Shown: in pieces, positions 11,456-26,513 of the stretch
How the letters are laid out: each line of letters opens with the position of its first letter
How positions within the stretch are numbered: the first letter of the stretch is position 1
Assembly (NCBI GenBank): GCA_965240325.2
Contig: OZ251224.1
Span: 124,001-188,000 of the forward strand
Direction of reading: 5' to 3'
Origin: Rebecca billardiae RCC1528
Lineage: Eukaryota > Protista > Haptophyta
DNA length: 64,000 bases
Program-made: the position numbers and the translations under genes
The notes under the pieces: generated by a model
Database searches by the model: none
The model's input: only the letters and a program-made list of their open reading frames with translations
Told to the model about the DNA's origin: nothing

Positions 11456-14419
11456 TCAGGGCGCGCGCTCGCTCGCGCGCGGCGCGGCGCCGCCGAGGCG
11501 CGCGGGGTGCGCGGGCGAGCCGGGCGGCGGCGAGCCGGCCGACGGCGCGAGCTGCTGCGCGGGCTCGGCGGGCCCGCTGAAGCTGACGCCTCGCTCGTAC
11601 CACTCGAGCGCGTCGTCGTCCTCCGCCGCGTGCTCCGGCCCCTCCTCCCACGGCGCGTCGCGCACCGTCGGCATGTAGGAGCGCACGACCTCGTTGAAGC
11701 GCCACACGGGAGCGAGCTGGATGATGTCCGCCAGCCGGCCAAACCCGCGCATCGAGCGCATGCCGCCCGTGTACATGACGTGGAAGGCGTCGATCTGCGC
11801 GACGATCGTCTCGCGCGAGGCGAGCGGGCAGAGCGGGCGCACGTCCACGTCGGCGAGCGAGCGGCCGAGCGTGCGCCACAGGTAGAGCTCGAACGCGCAC
11901 CACAGCCGGTCGAAGAGCGTGTCTCCCAGCAGCACGAGCAGCCGGCGCGCGCGGCAGAGGTACACGACGGTGTGCGCGAGGCGCGGCGTGGGGTCCCACT
12001 GGATGCCCTCGGCGATCGAGGGGTCCCAGCAGACGACGTCGATCCAGATGCGCGGCGCGCGCCCCGTCGCCGCGCGGTGCTCCGCCGCGTACGCGCGCAG
12101 CGCCGCCACGCGCGCGCGCGGCGCGTCCTCGAACGAGTGGATCACGTGGCAGTCGACGACCTCGCGCTCGGCGGCGGCGGGCGCGTCCGCGCCGCCGGCG
12201 CCGTCCGGGGCGGCGGCGTCGTCGTCGAGGGCGAGCGCGGTGGCGCGCTGCACGCGCAGCTCGTGCGTCGACGCGGGCTCGCGCGGCCCCGCCGCCGCCG
12301 CGCGCGCGCGCTCGCCCAGCCCTCTGGGCGTGCGCCCGCGCGCGAGCGGCGCGTTGGCGAGCATCGCGCGCTCAATGTGGCCGAGCGCGTCCTCGCCCGA
12401 GAGGGTCACGCCGTGGTGCACGCGCAGGGCCTCGTCGACGAGGGTGCGCGGGACGGCGGGCGTGTCCGTGCCGTACCCGATCGCCGCGGCGATCACGAGC
12501 AGCGGGCGCGGCACGCTGTGCAGGTAGCTCCCCATCAGCCCGCGCGCGAGGCCGTCGAGCAGCCCGCCCACGCGCGCCAGCCCGCCCGCGCGCGCGCCCG
12601 ACACCGACGACACGGAGGAGGCGAGCTCGGAGAGCGCAGACGAGAGGCGCGCGGGCACGCGCACCCACGCCCAGCGCGCGCCGGCGGTGCCGAGCGCGGC
12701 GCCGGCGAGCCTCAGCGCCGCGCCGGCGAGCCGCCGCTCGGGCCACCCGCCCGGCGGCTGCGCCAGCCCGCTCAGCGCGAGCAGCGCGCCAAAGCACGCC
12801 GTCTCGGCGAGCGCGCGCGAGCGCGGCCGCGCGTGCGCCGCTCGCACCGCGCGCTCGAGCAGCGCGACAATCTCCGAGCGCGAGCGCACGCCCGCGCCGT
12901 CGAGCGGCTTCGAGTCGTACGCCGAGCGGCGGCCGAGCTCGTTCTTGCCCGAGAGGCGGCCGTAGTACGTCTGCGCGCCCGCCGCGCTCGCCACGCTCGC
13001 CGCGCCCGCCTGCACACTCTCGACGTCGGACACGGAGCGGCGGCGCAGCGCGTGCGACTCAGACTTGCCCGCGGTCGCGAGTACCGCCTGGTGGTAGGTC
13101 TGGCGCAGCAGCAGCGCGACCGTGTCGGCGGGGACGGTAAGCTCGGGCGAGAGCAGGAGCAGGTGGCGCACGCGCCGCCCGCCCGCCGCGCTCGCCGCCA
13201 CGCCCACCCACGCGCCGCCCATCCCTGTGAACGCCTCCGCGGTGCTCGGCAGCACCGTCATCAGCGCGACCACGTCGTACGGCTTCACGTAGCCCTCGAG
13301 GTAGGAGACGATGTCCGCGTCCGCGCCGAGCGCGTCGAGGCCCTCGCGCGCGAAGGTGTCGGCGGTGGCGCCGCAGAACGTCTCGAAGTACCACTGCTTC
13401 GTGCACCGCGCGGGCAGCTCGCCCGCGCACAGCCGGCGCCACAGCCCCTCCAGCCCCAGGAACTGCGCGTCGGCGAGGTAGCGCATCAGCGGGCAGCGCG
13501 TGCGCATCGCGAAGGAGCGCGCGAGCTGCATCGGCAGCAGCGGCACCGCGGCGCGCGAGGTGACGCGCAGCTCGACGCCGTGCGCGAAGCACCACGAGTA
13601 CACCGCCTCCGCCGCGGCCATGTCGAACTGGTTGTTCACCGCCTGCCGCCGCGCGGCGCGAGCGAGCGCGCGGGGCGCGGCGGCGGCGCGAGCGGCGGCG
13701 GCGCGTCGTCCGCGGGTGCGCAGAGGCCGTCAGCGCGCGCGTGCGCGCGCGCGCGGCGCGGCGCGCGCGGCGCGCGGCGCGGCGCGGCGCGCGCACAGAG
13801 TCGGGCCGCCAGCCGCCCTCCCCGTCGCGCTCGAGCCCGCCCTGCACCGCCACGGTCGCCACCTTCTCGCGCACGAGCTCGGGCGCGCTGCCAATCACGT
13901 CCGCAAAGTCGCGCATGGAGGAGATGAGGAGCATGGTGACGGAGCGGCGGTGCGCGGTGCGCAGCGCGTCAAGGAGCAGCGTGTCGCCGGGCACCAGCCG
14001 CGCCGTGTCCACCTCGTCGTACCCCTCGAGCTTGTACTCGTGCGGCTGCGTGGTCGTCGCAGAGCCGCGCGAGCCGACGCCGACCGGGATGTCCTCCGTG
14101 TCGACGAGCTGGAAGGCGGCGAGGGCGAGCTTGGCGCGCGCCTCGGGCTGCCCGCCGCCGTTGGCGATCACGGCGCGCACGCGCACCGTGCCCTGCTTGT
14201 GCAGCACCGCCGCCACCAGCAGCGCCTGCCGGGCGGGGGAAGCGAGCGCGCATCGCCAAGCGCGCGCGGCGTGTGAGGGCAGCGCCGAGCGGCGCGGCGC
14301 GCGCGGCGGCTGACGCGCACCTTGAGATCATCCGGGTCCGGCCCAGGGTCGGTCACGATGATCAGCTCGAGCGGAGGCCGGCCGCGCAGGCGGGCCAGCC
14401 ACTCGGCTGGGCCCCTCAT
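11456..14419 (-). CDS. Nucleoside-hydrolase-fold protein (XopQ/HopQ1-like) fused to a C-terminal TIR/HET-like domain; exons 14419-14321, 14225-13797, 13642-11456
   Basis: IIVTDPGPDPDD Asp motif, VAVQGG, spliced PDSAVNNQFD and KPYD. C-terminal DCHVIHSF..RIWIDVVC..LLVLLG..DRLWCAFELY. GT-AG introns of 95 and 154 nt give one continuous frame. Confidence 0.8.
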
Positions 14420-14725
14420 CGAGGCAGCTGCTGCTCGGGCGGCGGCGCCAGATGGCGCTGCACCAGGCGACGCTACCCGGCACGGGCGCTTCGAATAGTG
14501 CCCGTGGCTCATTCTCTATTTGTCCGCGGGTCTTCCGGGTAACTCCTCGGAATACGTCTTCCGCCGAAACCGTTGCGAAAACAGCTTTTCGCCTTTTTGC
14601 GACGGCGGTTTCTCTTTCTTTTCTTTTTCCCGGTTCCGAGTTCCGACGAAGTCATGCATGCCGACAACTCGCGGCCACTCCCTGTCTTCCAGACCAGAGT
14701 AGTAGTAGTAGGATGAACCCCTCTC

Positions 14726-16327
14726 TCACCACCCGCCCCCGACGAGCACGTGGCGCTGGTGGCTCGACGCGAGCTCGCCCGTCGTCATCTCCAGAAGCCG
14801 CCCGCCGCCCCACGGCGCCCGCGCGCCCCCTGACGCGCCGCTCGGCCCTGCGCCCGCCGCCGCCTCCGCCGCCGCCGCCAGCCGGTCGAGCTCGGCCAGC
14901 CGCTTGGCGCGCTCACGCCGGGAGTGCGCGCACGCGCCGAGGCCGACGGCCGCGCCGCTGTGCGCGTCGGACGAGCCGCTCGCGTCCGCCCAGCGCGCGA
15001 GCAGCGCGAACGCCGCGTCGGGCGCCTCCGCCGCCGCGCGCGCGAGCGGCGGCGCCGGCCGGTGCGCCGCGCCGGCGTGCGCCGCCGGCTTGGCGCAGTG
15101 TCGGCCGAGCGCGGCGCGCAGCCAGCGGGAGCTTGCGCCGCGCCGCAGCTTGCCCACGCAGCACGGCGAGACGAGGAACGGCACGCGCCGCCGCGCGGCG
15201 AGCGCGAGCGCGTCGTCCGACGCCTGCCCGCACGCGTGCAGCGAGAGCACCAGGTCGCACCGTCCCTCGTACTCCGCGATCGGACCGCAGTGCGCGCGCA
15301 CGCGGCCGCCCAGCGCTGCGTCGGCCGCGCGCGCGCTGAGCCTGCGCAGCGAGGCGGGCTTCAGGTCGATGCCGACGAAGCGCACGGCCGGCGCCGCGTC
15401 GCCGAAGAGCGCGGCCGCGCTCGCCGCGAGCGGCAGCACCAGATTCCCCGTGCCGCAGCCGCAGTCCACCACCGTGAGCGGCTGAGCCGCCTCGGCCTCG
15501 GCGCGCGCGCCGCGCCGCAGCCGGCGCGGGCGCGCGCCGCCGCCCGCGCCGCACGCAAGCGCGCCCGCCGCGCGCAACGAGGCGATGGTCTGCGCGAAGG
15601 CCTCGACGGTGCGCCGCTTGCGCTCGCCGCGCAGCGCGCCCGCGCCCATCCGCCGCGCCGAGCCGCACGGGTCGCACGCGCGCGCCATCGCGCCCCAGTC
15701 GACGAGCGGCGGCGGCGCGCAGAGCGGCGACGCGCGCTCCGCGGGCGCGCGCGCGCGCGCATGCGCGACCGGCGCTCGCGGCGCCGGGCGCGGCCACGTG
15801 CGCACGCCGCCCGGGGCGACGGGGCAGGGCTCGGCCTCGACTGCGGAGAGTAGAGCGTCGAGTCGCTCGAGCTCGCGCGCGCGCCGCCGCCGCTGGTGCT
15901 CGCGCCGCGCCAGCGTCGCCGTCGACGGCGGCGCGCTCGCGCGGCGGCGCGGCGCGGGCAGCGGCTCTGGCGGCGAGGCGGCGAGGCGCTCGCAGCGCAG
16001 CTGCCGGCCCGAGGCATCGCCGGGGGCTGCAAGCGAGGCGAGCTGCGCGAGCGCGCGCTCGACGTCGGCGCCATCCTCCAAGCGCACGATGGCGGTGCCC
16101 GTGTGCAGCTGCGCGCGCCCGTCGGCGAGCGCGCGAGGCCCGCCTGGCCGAGCGAGCACCGTCACGGCCGCAGGGCGCACCCCGCGCGTCTGGAGCTGCT
16201 CGCGCAGCCAGCCCTCAAGTGAGGCGGCCGGCTGCGTCCACGGGAGCGACTTCACCGCGAGGCGAGGCGCCGTGGGCATCGTCGCGGCGAGCGCCGCGGC
16301 GAGCAGGGCGCACGCCACGCCGGCCAT
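14726..16327 (-). CDS. Class I SAM methyltransferase (Methyltransf_32/GSTCD-like) with N-terminal targeting peptide and RRM-like region
   Basis: VVDCGCGTGNL (motif I), FVGIDLK, LSLHACGQASD and VSPCCVGK. Confidence 0.85.
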   Translation of the reverse strand: MAGVACALLAAALAATMPTAPRLAVKSLPWTQPAASLEGWLREQLQTRGVRPAAVTVLARPGGPRALADGRAQLHTGTAIVRLEDGADVERALAQLASLAAPGDASGRQLRCERLAASPPEPLPAPRRRASAPPSTATLARREHQRRRRARELERLDALLSAVEAEPCPVAPGGVRTWPRPAPRAPVAHARARAPAERASPLCAPPPLVDWGAMARACDPCGSARRMGAGALRGERKRRTVEAFAQTIASLRAAGALACGAGGGARPRRLRRGARAEAEAAQPLTVVDCGCGTGNLVLPLAASAAALFGDAAPAVRFVGIDLKPASLRRLSARAADAALGGRVRAHCGPIAEYEGRCDLVLSLHACGQASDDALALAARRRVPFLVSPCCVGKLRRGASSRWLRAALGRHCAKPAAHAGAAHRPAPPLARAAAEAPDAAFALLARWADASGSSDAHSGAAVGLGACAHSRRERAKRLAELDRLAAAAEAAAGAGPSGASGGARAPWGGGRLLEMTTGELASSHQRHVLVGGGW

Positions 16328-16361
16328 GCTGGGGCGGGCCCGCGGGCCGGGCGGCCCAGCG

Positions 16362-17981
16362 ATGGCGGCCGCACTGCAGGCGCGCGTGCTGCCCCTCTTC
16401 CTGCTGCTGAGATGGCGCGCGCCCGGGGCGTGGGCTGTGGCGGGCGCTCGCAAGTGCGACGCAAACCACATCCGGCCCACGCCCGACCCCGACTACCGCG
16501 CGCGCGCGCAGAGCTGGGCGGCGGACGCGCGCGGCGCGAGCGGCGACGCGTGGCGCTGGCCGCTCGGCAGCGCCAACCTGAGCGACGTGTTCGACGCGCG
16601 GCAGTACGCGGCGGTGCTCAGCGCGCGCGAGGTGTACGGCGGCTTCGGCGCCGCCACGTGCCGCCGCGCCATGCTCGGCACGCTCGAGGGCGCCCTCGAG
16701 CGCGCGCTGCCCCCGGGCGTGCGCGCGCTCGCGCTCAGCTTCCGTGCGGGCCGGCACCAGCCCAAGCGGTACGGGCACGTGTGGAGCTACGTGCACGCGT
16801 TCTTCTGCGCGCTGGTGGCGCCGCGCGAGCTGGGCTTCGCGCGCGGCCGCCCGCCGCCGCCGCTCGACGTGTGGCTCGACGCGGGCACCACCAACTGCAG
16901 CCGCGGCCACGCGGTGATCCTCGGTCTGTTTGGCGGCGCGTCCTCGGCCGCGCGGCACGGGCTGCGGCTGCGCGCCGCGCCGTGGGTGCCGCTGTGCGTG
17001 CACGGCGAGTGCTTCGCGTTCGGCGGGCTGCCGCTCGCGCTGCGCGGCCGCGTCGCGCTGCTCGCGCACCTCGACGCCGAGCCCTTCGCGCTCGACGCCG
17101 CCTCGCTCGAGGCGTTCCGCGCGCACGTGCGCAGAACGCACGTGCGCGGAGCGAGCGTGCCGCCCGCGCACGCGGGGCGGCAGCGGCCGGAGGGCGCGGA
17201 GGGCGCGGAGGGCGCGGAGGGCGCGGCGGGCGCGGCGGCGGACGCGCGGCCGCTCGCGCTGTACGTGCGCACGTCGCGCTGGCCCACCAACCGCACCGTC
17301 GCGCGCGAGACCGAGCTCGTGCGCGCGCTCTCCGCGTGGGCGGCCAGCCGCCACCCGACCCTCCGGTTCGTGGCCGCGCACGTGCACGAGCTGGAGTACG
17401 CGGCCGAGGTGGGGCTGTTTGCGCGCGCCCAGCTGCTGGTGAGCCTGTGGGGCTCGGCGCTGCACAACTGCCGCTTCATGCCCGCGCGCGCCGTCGTCGT
17501 CGAGCTGTACGGCGCGCTCGACGGCCACTACGGCGACACGCTGCTGTACAGCGGGCTGTGCGGCGCCCAGAGCGGGCTTCTGCACGCGCCCCTGCTGGTG
17601 CCGGGGGCGTTCCCGACGCGCGGCGCGGCGCTGTTTGAGGTGGACTCCGACCGGACGGTCGCGCGCGTCTCGGCCGAGTGGCTGCTCGAGCGGCTCGAGA
17701 CCATCTTCCCGCCGCAGCCGTGCGCGCCCGTGCCGTGGGAGTCGCTGCTCCTCGAGTTCGACGCAGCGCTGGCGCGCGTGGGCAAGAACCCGAAGAACAA
17801 CCGACCGCTCGCGCGGCCGGGGCTGGCCAAGCCGAGAGGGCGCGGGAAGGGCTGGCTGCCGCCGCACTACCGGCAGCCAGGCCGCGTCGGCTGCAACGCC
17901 ACGCGCCCGCGCCGCCGGGCGCGCCGCGGGCTGGCGCCGGGCACGCGCCTCCGCCCACGGGCGCAGCTCAGGCGGCCGTAA
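16362..17981 (+). CDS. Glycosyltransferase family 61 (DUF563)-like, signal-anchored
   Basis: LYVRTSR...RTV, then EVGLFARAQLLVSLWGSALHNCRFMPARAVVVEL matching the GT61 C-terminal signature. Hydrophobic N-terminus. Confidence 0.75.
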   Translation: MAAALQARVLPLFLLLRWRAPGAWAVAGARKCDANHIRPTPDPDYRARAQSWAADARGASGDAWRWPLGSANLSDVFDARQYAAVLSAREVYGGFGAATCRRAMLGTLEGALERALPPGVRALALSFRAGRHQPKRYGHVWSYVHAFFCALVAPRELGFARGRPPPPLDVWLDAGTTNCSRGHAVILGLFGGASSAARHGLRLRAAPWVPLCVHGECFAFGGLPLALRGRVALLAHLDAEPFALDAASLEAFRAHVRRTHVRGASVPPAHAGRQRPEGAEGAEGAEGAAGAAADARPLALYVRTSRWPTNRTVARETELVRALSAWAASRHPTLRFVAAHVHELEYAAEVGLFARAQLLVSLWGSALHNCRFMPARAVVVELYGALDGHYGDTLLYSGLCGAQSGLLHAPLLVPGAFPTRGAALFEVDSDRTVARVSAEWLLERLETIFPPQPCAPVPWESLLLEFDAALARVGKNPKNNRPLARPGLAKPRGRGKGWLPPHYRQPGRVGCNATRPRRRARRGLAPGTRLRPRAQLRRP

Positions 17982-18595
17982 CAAGGCCTCGTCGCCAGGC
18001 TGGCTGCGGTCGGCGGCGCGCGGTGGCAGACTGGCAGCGCTGCCGCAGCGAGAGTTCGGCACCGTACGGGGCTGCGGGGGCGCCGGTGCCCGCGCAGTGT
18101 GAGCTGCCGATGCGATATATGCGGTCATCATTAGTACTCATTGAAATCGGCCGATTCGGAATGCCGGGCCCGGCGGGCCCCAGAGGCCCGAACCCGGGCC
18201 CCGCGCGGGACCGCGCCGCGGCCCGCGCCCGGATTCCGGAAACGGACAACGGTGGCCGGGGCGTGGACGCTGCCGCGGAGTCCACGGTCAGATTCCAGAG
18301 CGAGACCGTCAATCTCTAGCATCCGCTCATCAGGCCCAGGGCGCGCCCCCTCTCCCTCGGCAGACGGCCGTCGCCCGTCGGCGCCGCTTCGCCCACCCCG
18401 CCTCGCCCGAGTTTGGGGCCGGGCCGGCTGCAGTGGTCGAGTGGAGCCGCCATGCTGAGACTGAGCTTCCCAGCAATCTGAGGTCGGCTCGCGCGCGCGC
18501 GCAGCTTTTTGATTTTTGAAGGCCGGGCCTTTCGCGGCTCGGCGAACGACGCCGTCCAACTCGTGCCAAGCTTGCGACGGTCGCCCGCGATCATC

Positions 18596-18913
18596 ATGTC
18601 GTCGTCGCTGGACCCGGTGTCGCTCACCGTCGGCGTGGGCGTGGGCGTGGTGATCATGGCGATCATCCGGCGCTTCGGCCCGTCCGAGTGCTCCTCCAGC
18701 CACATCAACCCGTCGATCCAAAAGTCCGAGCCCAAGGTGGCGACCATGTGCGCGCTCAAGGACGTGGAGGACATCTTGAAGGACAAGCCCGCCGCCGCCT
18801 ACTGCCGGTGCTGGCGCTCTAAGACGTTCCCGATGTGCGACGGCAGCCACGCCGCGTTCAACAAGGAGACGGGTGACAACACCGGACCGCTCGTCATCAA
18901 GAAGAGCAAGTGA
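18596..18913 (+). CDS. CISD: CDGSH iron-sulfur (NEET/mitoNEET-like) protein
   Basis: N-terminal TM helix, [29 protein letters not shown] and [10 protein letters not shown]. Confidence 0.95.
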   Translation: MSSSLDPVSLTVGVGVGVVIMAIIRRFGPSECSSSHINPSIQKSEPKVATMCALKDVEDILKDKPAAAYCRCWRSKTFPMCDGSHAAFNKETGDNTGPLVIKKSK

Positions 18914-19400
18914 GTGCGTGTGCCAAGGTGCGCACCTGAGCGCGTGCCGGCCTTGCGAGCGCCGTGGCCCGGCGCCGGCAGTCTGCCAGCGGGCAGTACT
19001 GCGCCCTGGCCTCCGCTTGACGGCTCGGATCACCCACGCTGCCTGTGCATCTTCTCTTCCGAATCCAGACGACGGGCATATGATCGTCCGGCATCATCAT
19101 CGCCGATGGCCGAGACTTCATCCCGGACTTCATCGGGCGCGGCTACGCGCCGCTGTGAGTGTGACCGATTAGCCCGGCCCCCGGGCCGCGGCTACGCTAA
19201 TCGCTATACTCAACAACGACTCGTCCTTGCAGGACCACAGTCATATCATGCAACGCGTCACGTATTATAATAAATTAAAAGTAGTGGATGATATGCCCCG
19301 CTTTAGGCGGCCCTGCCCTGTGCGGCTGGCCGGCTGTGGCCCTGTGCGCGGCCTTGACCTGCCGACAGTCTGCCGTCCTGCCGCGCGCGAGTTTATTAGT

Positions 19401-19420
19401 TATATATATATATATATATA
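19401..19420. repeat. (TA)10 microsatellite
   Basis: Direct reading. Confidence 0.95.
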
Positions 19421-19528
19421 CTGTGATGACATTAATATAATACGCGTCATCGTTATAAATATTGATATGAGCCTGACGATGGGAAGTGACGAGATCGAGG
19501 GCGATGAGTCAGCGGCGGACGAGCCGGC

Positions 19529-22945
<3,417 letters not shown>

Positions 22946-23080
22946 GGGTGGGCTCACAGCCGACGGGCCGCCATCGTTCGTCCGCTACCGAGCCGGACGA
23001 GCTCTCTGCTGACCAGCAGCTGGGACTTCTTTGCTGGGACCTGGGAGTCAGACTCTGAACTCCCTCATCCCCCGGCCTCC

Positions 23081-23341
23081 ATGGCTGCCGACGCAGGCGA
23101 CGCGAGACGCGGCCCAGACAAGGCCATCAGCGAGCTGGAGAACCAGATCGCGCACCTGAAGCGCTCGACGGCGGAGCTGGAAGCGCTCTTGGCCTCGGGC
23201 GTCGACGACGACGGCGCCTCGTTGGGCGACGAGGACCGCGCGATCTACGCGGAGGCGGTCGCGGAGAACGCGCGCGCGCTCCAGGCCAAGCAGGCACATC
23301 TCGACGAGCTCAGACGGCTGCAGCAGGGTATCGCGCTGTGA
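23081..23341 (+). CDS. Small coiled-coil protein (86 aa), unknown function
   Basis: ATG in GCCTCCATGG context, host-like codon usage, heptad pattern ISELENQIAHLKRSTAELE...EAVAEN. Divergent from the WD40 gene. Confidence 0.7.
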   Translation: MAADAGDARRGPDKAISELENQIAHLKRSTAELEALLASGVDDDGASLGDEDRAIYAEAVAENARALQAKQAHLDELRRLQQGIAL

Positions 23342-23653
23342 GCCGCATGCGGCCACGTGCGAGCATGCTGTGCGCTAACACCCTGGCTTCCCTCTACTCA
23401 CCGTACTGTCGCAGTCTGACGTACGTGTGGCTATCTGAAGTTCTGTGCCGGGCTACGGCACGCCTACACAGACAGGCGGGCTGATGTCCGAGTGATGATC
23501 TGCCACGAGCCAGGGTGCGACCCGCCACCGGTGTCAGGTGATGGCGGTCGTATAGCACGTAGTATCCCGTCTACGAGTCAGCACGCGAACGCCTACTCAG
23601 TGTATGGCCGCGAGCGTGTCGCGTGACGGACTCGGTCGCCGGGACTGGGCGGC

Positions 23654-26063
23654 TAGGGGGTCCATGACAGCAGCCCACTGATTTGTGATTTTCGACAACT
23701 ATGCGATTTAGGTGTCTGACGAGCGAGGCGCTCGCGAAGGCACCCACAAATATGTCCCGGAACCCAGCCCAGCCGTCAGAAGCACGCAAAACCGACTCCG
23801 CGTGCCGTCACGCGGTCGTGCGCGCGCGCCAGCTGCGCCACTGTGTCACATACAGATTCAGCCAAACGTCAACGACTTGTTATGGCGGCTAAATGACGGC
23901 TAAATGACGGTATATCGTCGAACATACTTATTCATAACCGTTGCAACCCGCCCAAATAAAATTACGGTGGAATTGCTGATTTTTAGAAGGCACGATGAGT
24001 GCGCGTAGAGGGCGAGGAAAAACTACTCCAAGATCGAGCATGTTACCCATTTAATTAGAGACACGTACCCGTATATATGCGCATGTCTACCCGTTTATTA
24101 TATAAAGCGGGTGCGTTTTAAATATATATTCAGGGTGCTGTCAATATGGGGGTACCTTGTTCACTATTCGTGCCGGGTCATCCGAATAGGCCGCGCCGCC
24201 GCGCGGAGACCGCGGGCTCATGCCACTCGAACCGTGCCGCAGCAGGCCCGGACGGACCTGATGCGGGCGGCGGGCTGCGTGCCGAAGCACACTACCAAGC
24301 CCACCTCTGAGCATGCCACCATCCCCATAGTCGTGAGAGAGTCCTCCGCCATCGAGGCTTGCGTGCGCAGACTAGCAGTCGCCGCCGCCGAGCTTGCCGC
24401 GGTCCGTTCGGCGACTTCCGTGCCCGTGCTCTGTGTCACCGGCGTCGTCGCCGTTCGTCGTACCCTAGCCCACGCGAGGGCGTCACCGGTCCACCAGTAC
24501 TGCGGCGGACTGCGCGCGCTTCGCCGCGCGCTCGCCCTCGAGCTCCGGCGCTCTCCTCTCGCGCTCGAACTCGGCGCAGTCGGCAGCCATGGCAGCCCGC
24601 TCGGCCGCAGCTCGATCTGTGCCCCCGCGCGCGCTGCGCTCGGTTGCGTTGGCGCGCAAGCTGGCGCGCGCAGCGTCGGCGACGGCGCGCGCGATCGCCT
24701 TGCGCGACGAGTTCAGCTCCACCTGCTGCTCCGTCAGGCGCACCTGCTGCTCCAAGATGATCGCGTGCTCAGCAGGAGTCACGCGCTGCTCGTGCAGCTG
24801 CACCTGCACGCGGCCTGCTGCGGACGCGCGCGGCGCGCTGGCGTCGGGGGGCGAGTAGAGGTCGCGGAAGGGGCAGCTGTCGTCGCCGGCGCCCAGCGAC
24901 GTGTCGTCGACATCCAGCTCCGCCTTCCTCTCCGCCGCCGACGCGCCCTGCTTCCGGCTCAGGATGCGCTCCATGTCCTCGTGCTTGCCCTTCCACCACC
25001 TGTGCACGGTCATCAGCCAGATGCCGATCACCTCGAGCCGCGGCGAGTCGTGGCGCAACGAGATGCCGAGCGCATCCACGCAGACGAGCGTGAGCGCCTT
25101 GGGCTTCTTCGTCCGACCGTCGCGCGCGGTCTGGGCGCACGCAGGGGTGAACACTCTGACCAACGGCTTGTGCTTCTTCAAGTTCTCAAGCATGAGCTCC
25201 ACGAGACCACGAGCGTGCGGAGGAGGTCGAGGAGCATGAAGTCGAGCACCGATGCGTACCGCGGGCGAGTGCCGGCCACGCGCCAGCTGGTCGAAGGCTG
25301 TAGCACGTGGATGGCGCGCGCCGCCACCGCCGTCTCCTCGAGCTGCTGCGCGCTGACGTTGACGTCAGGCCGTAGCTCGGGCCTGCACGGTTGCTCACAG
25401 TCGAGGCCGTCCGCGGAGGAGGCGAGCCCCTCGGCGGTGCCGGCAGGGACCTCGGGCGGGTCGCACACACCCATGGGCACGCGTGCATCATCATCTGCCG
25501 CGCCCTGGACCTCGTCATGCCCGGCACAGCGGTCCGCAAGTTGGTCGGCGGCAGCTGGCCCTTGCGGCAGAGGCGTCGCGGGCACGTCCGAGGGCGAGAT
25601 GGCAGCGACGGGTGGGGAAGGAGACAGTGTCCAGTCGTTGTCGATGCCCATCCCACCATATTGCGCATGTTCGTCTCCGTATTGCTCTCCTGCACGTGCT
25701 CCCAGGACGCGCTCCTTGGTCGCGAGCAGCACACGTCGAGCACGCAGATTCAAATGATGAAGCACGAGCGTCGTTTGGCCAGCGACTCCCAGCGAGAGCC
25801 CGGTCCACACGAACCGTGGCTACGTGTCCGTGTCCACCGAGTCGCTCGGCGAGGCGCCTGCGCCGATGTGGGCGCGCCCAATGGCGAGCGGACGGCCGTC
25901 GACGAGGGCCATCAGCCTTGCCGACCCCGTTCAGAGCTCCGCTCCCGCGCCGGGCCGAGCCGAGCGCGGATTTGGAATCTGCCGATCGCGAAAACACGCC
26001 GAACAAGTTCTGAAAAGGAAAAGAAAAGAAATCAAAACTCGATTTAATCAGATGGACCCCCTA
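23654..26063. mobile_element. Putative non-autonomous DNA transposon with 12-bp TIRs carrying a disrupted minus-strand ORF
   Basis: TAGGGGGTCCAT at 23654-23665 and its exact reverse complement ATGGACCCCCTA at 26052-26063. AT-rich subterminal zones. Frame-shifted ORF pieces 25178-25810, 24483-25202 and 24218-24439. Confidence 0.6.
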
Positions 26064-26126
26064 CAGTGGGCGGTCCGCGCGCGGCGCTGGCGCGCCAGAC
26101 GCGCCCGGTTGGGCAGCGCAGGCACC

Positions 26127-26252
26127 CTCAGCGGCCAGGACGACGACTTCCTCAACGGCAAGGGCGACGACTTCCTCTGCGGCCAGGGCGACGACTTCCT
26201 CAACGGCAAGGACGACGACTTCCTCAACGGCAAGGGCGACTACTCCCTCAAC
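26127..26252 (+). repeat. 24-nt tandem repeat, ~5 units (LxGxGDDF when translated)
   Basis: CTCAACGGCAAGGGCGACGACTTC-type units with substitutions. Confidence 0.9.
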
Positions 26253-26513
26253 TCGGCAAGGCCACTAGGCCGCGCACACCGGCCCGGGCGACCACATCCA
26301 CTACCTGCACTACGGCATCAACTTGAACAGCCTCGGACGACGACGACACGGGCAACTACATGATGACCAAGGCCGACGACGACTGCAAAACAGCGGCATC
26401 CCCGGGCGCCTACTACCTCAGTGACCGTGTGATCAGCATCGGTTACGACGACTCCCTCACCCGCGGCCAACGCGCTCCGACATCCTCCATTAACTCCATT
26501 CAGTACTTCGACA

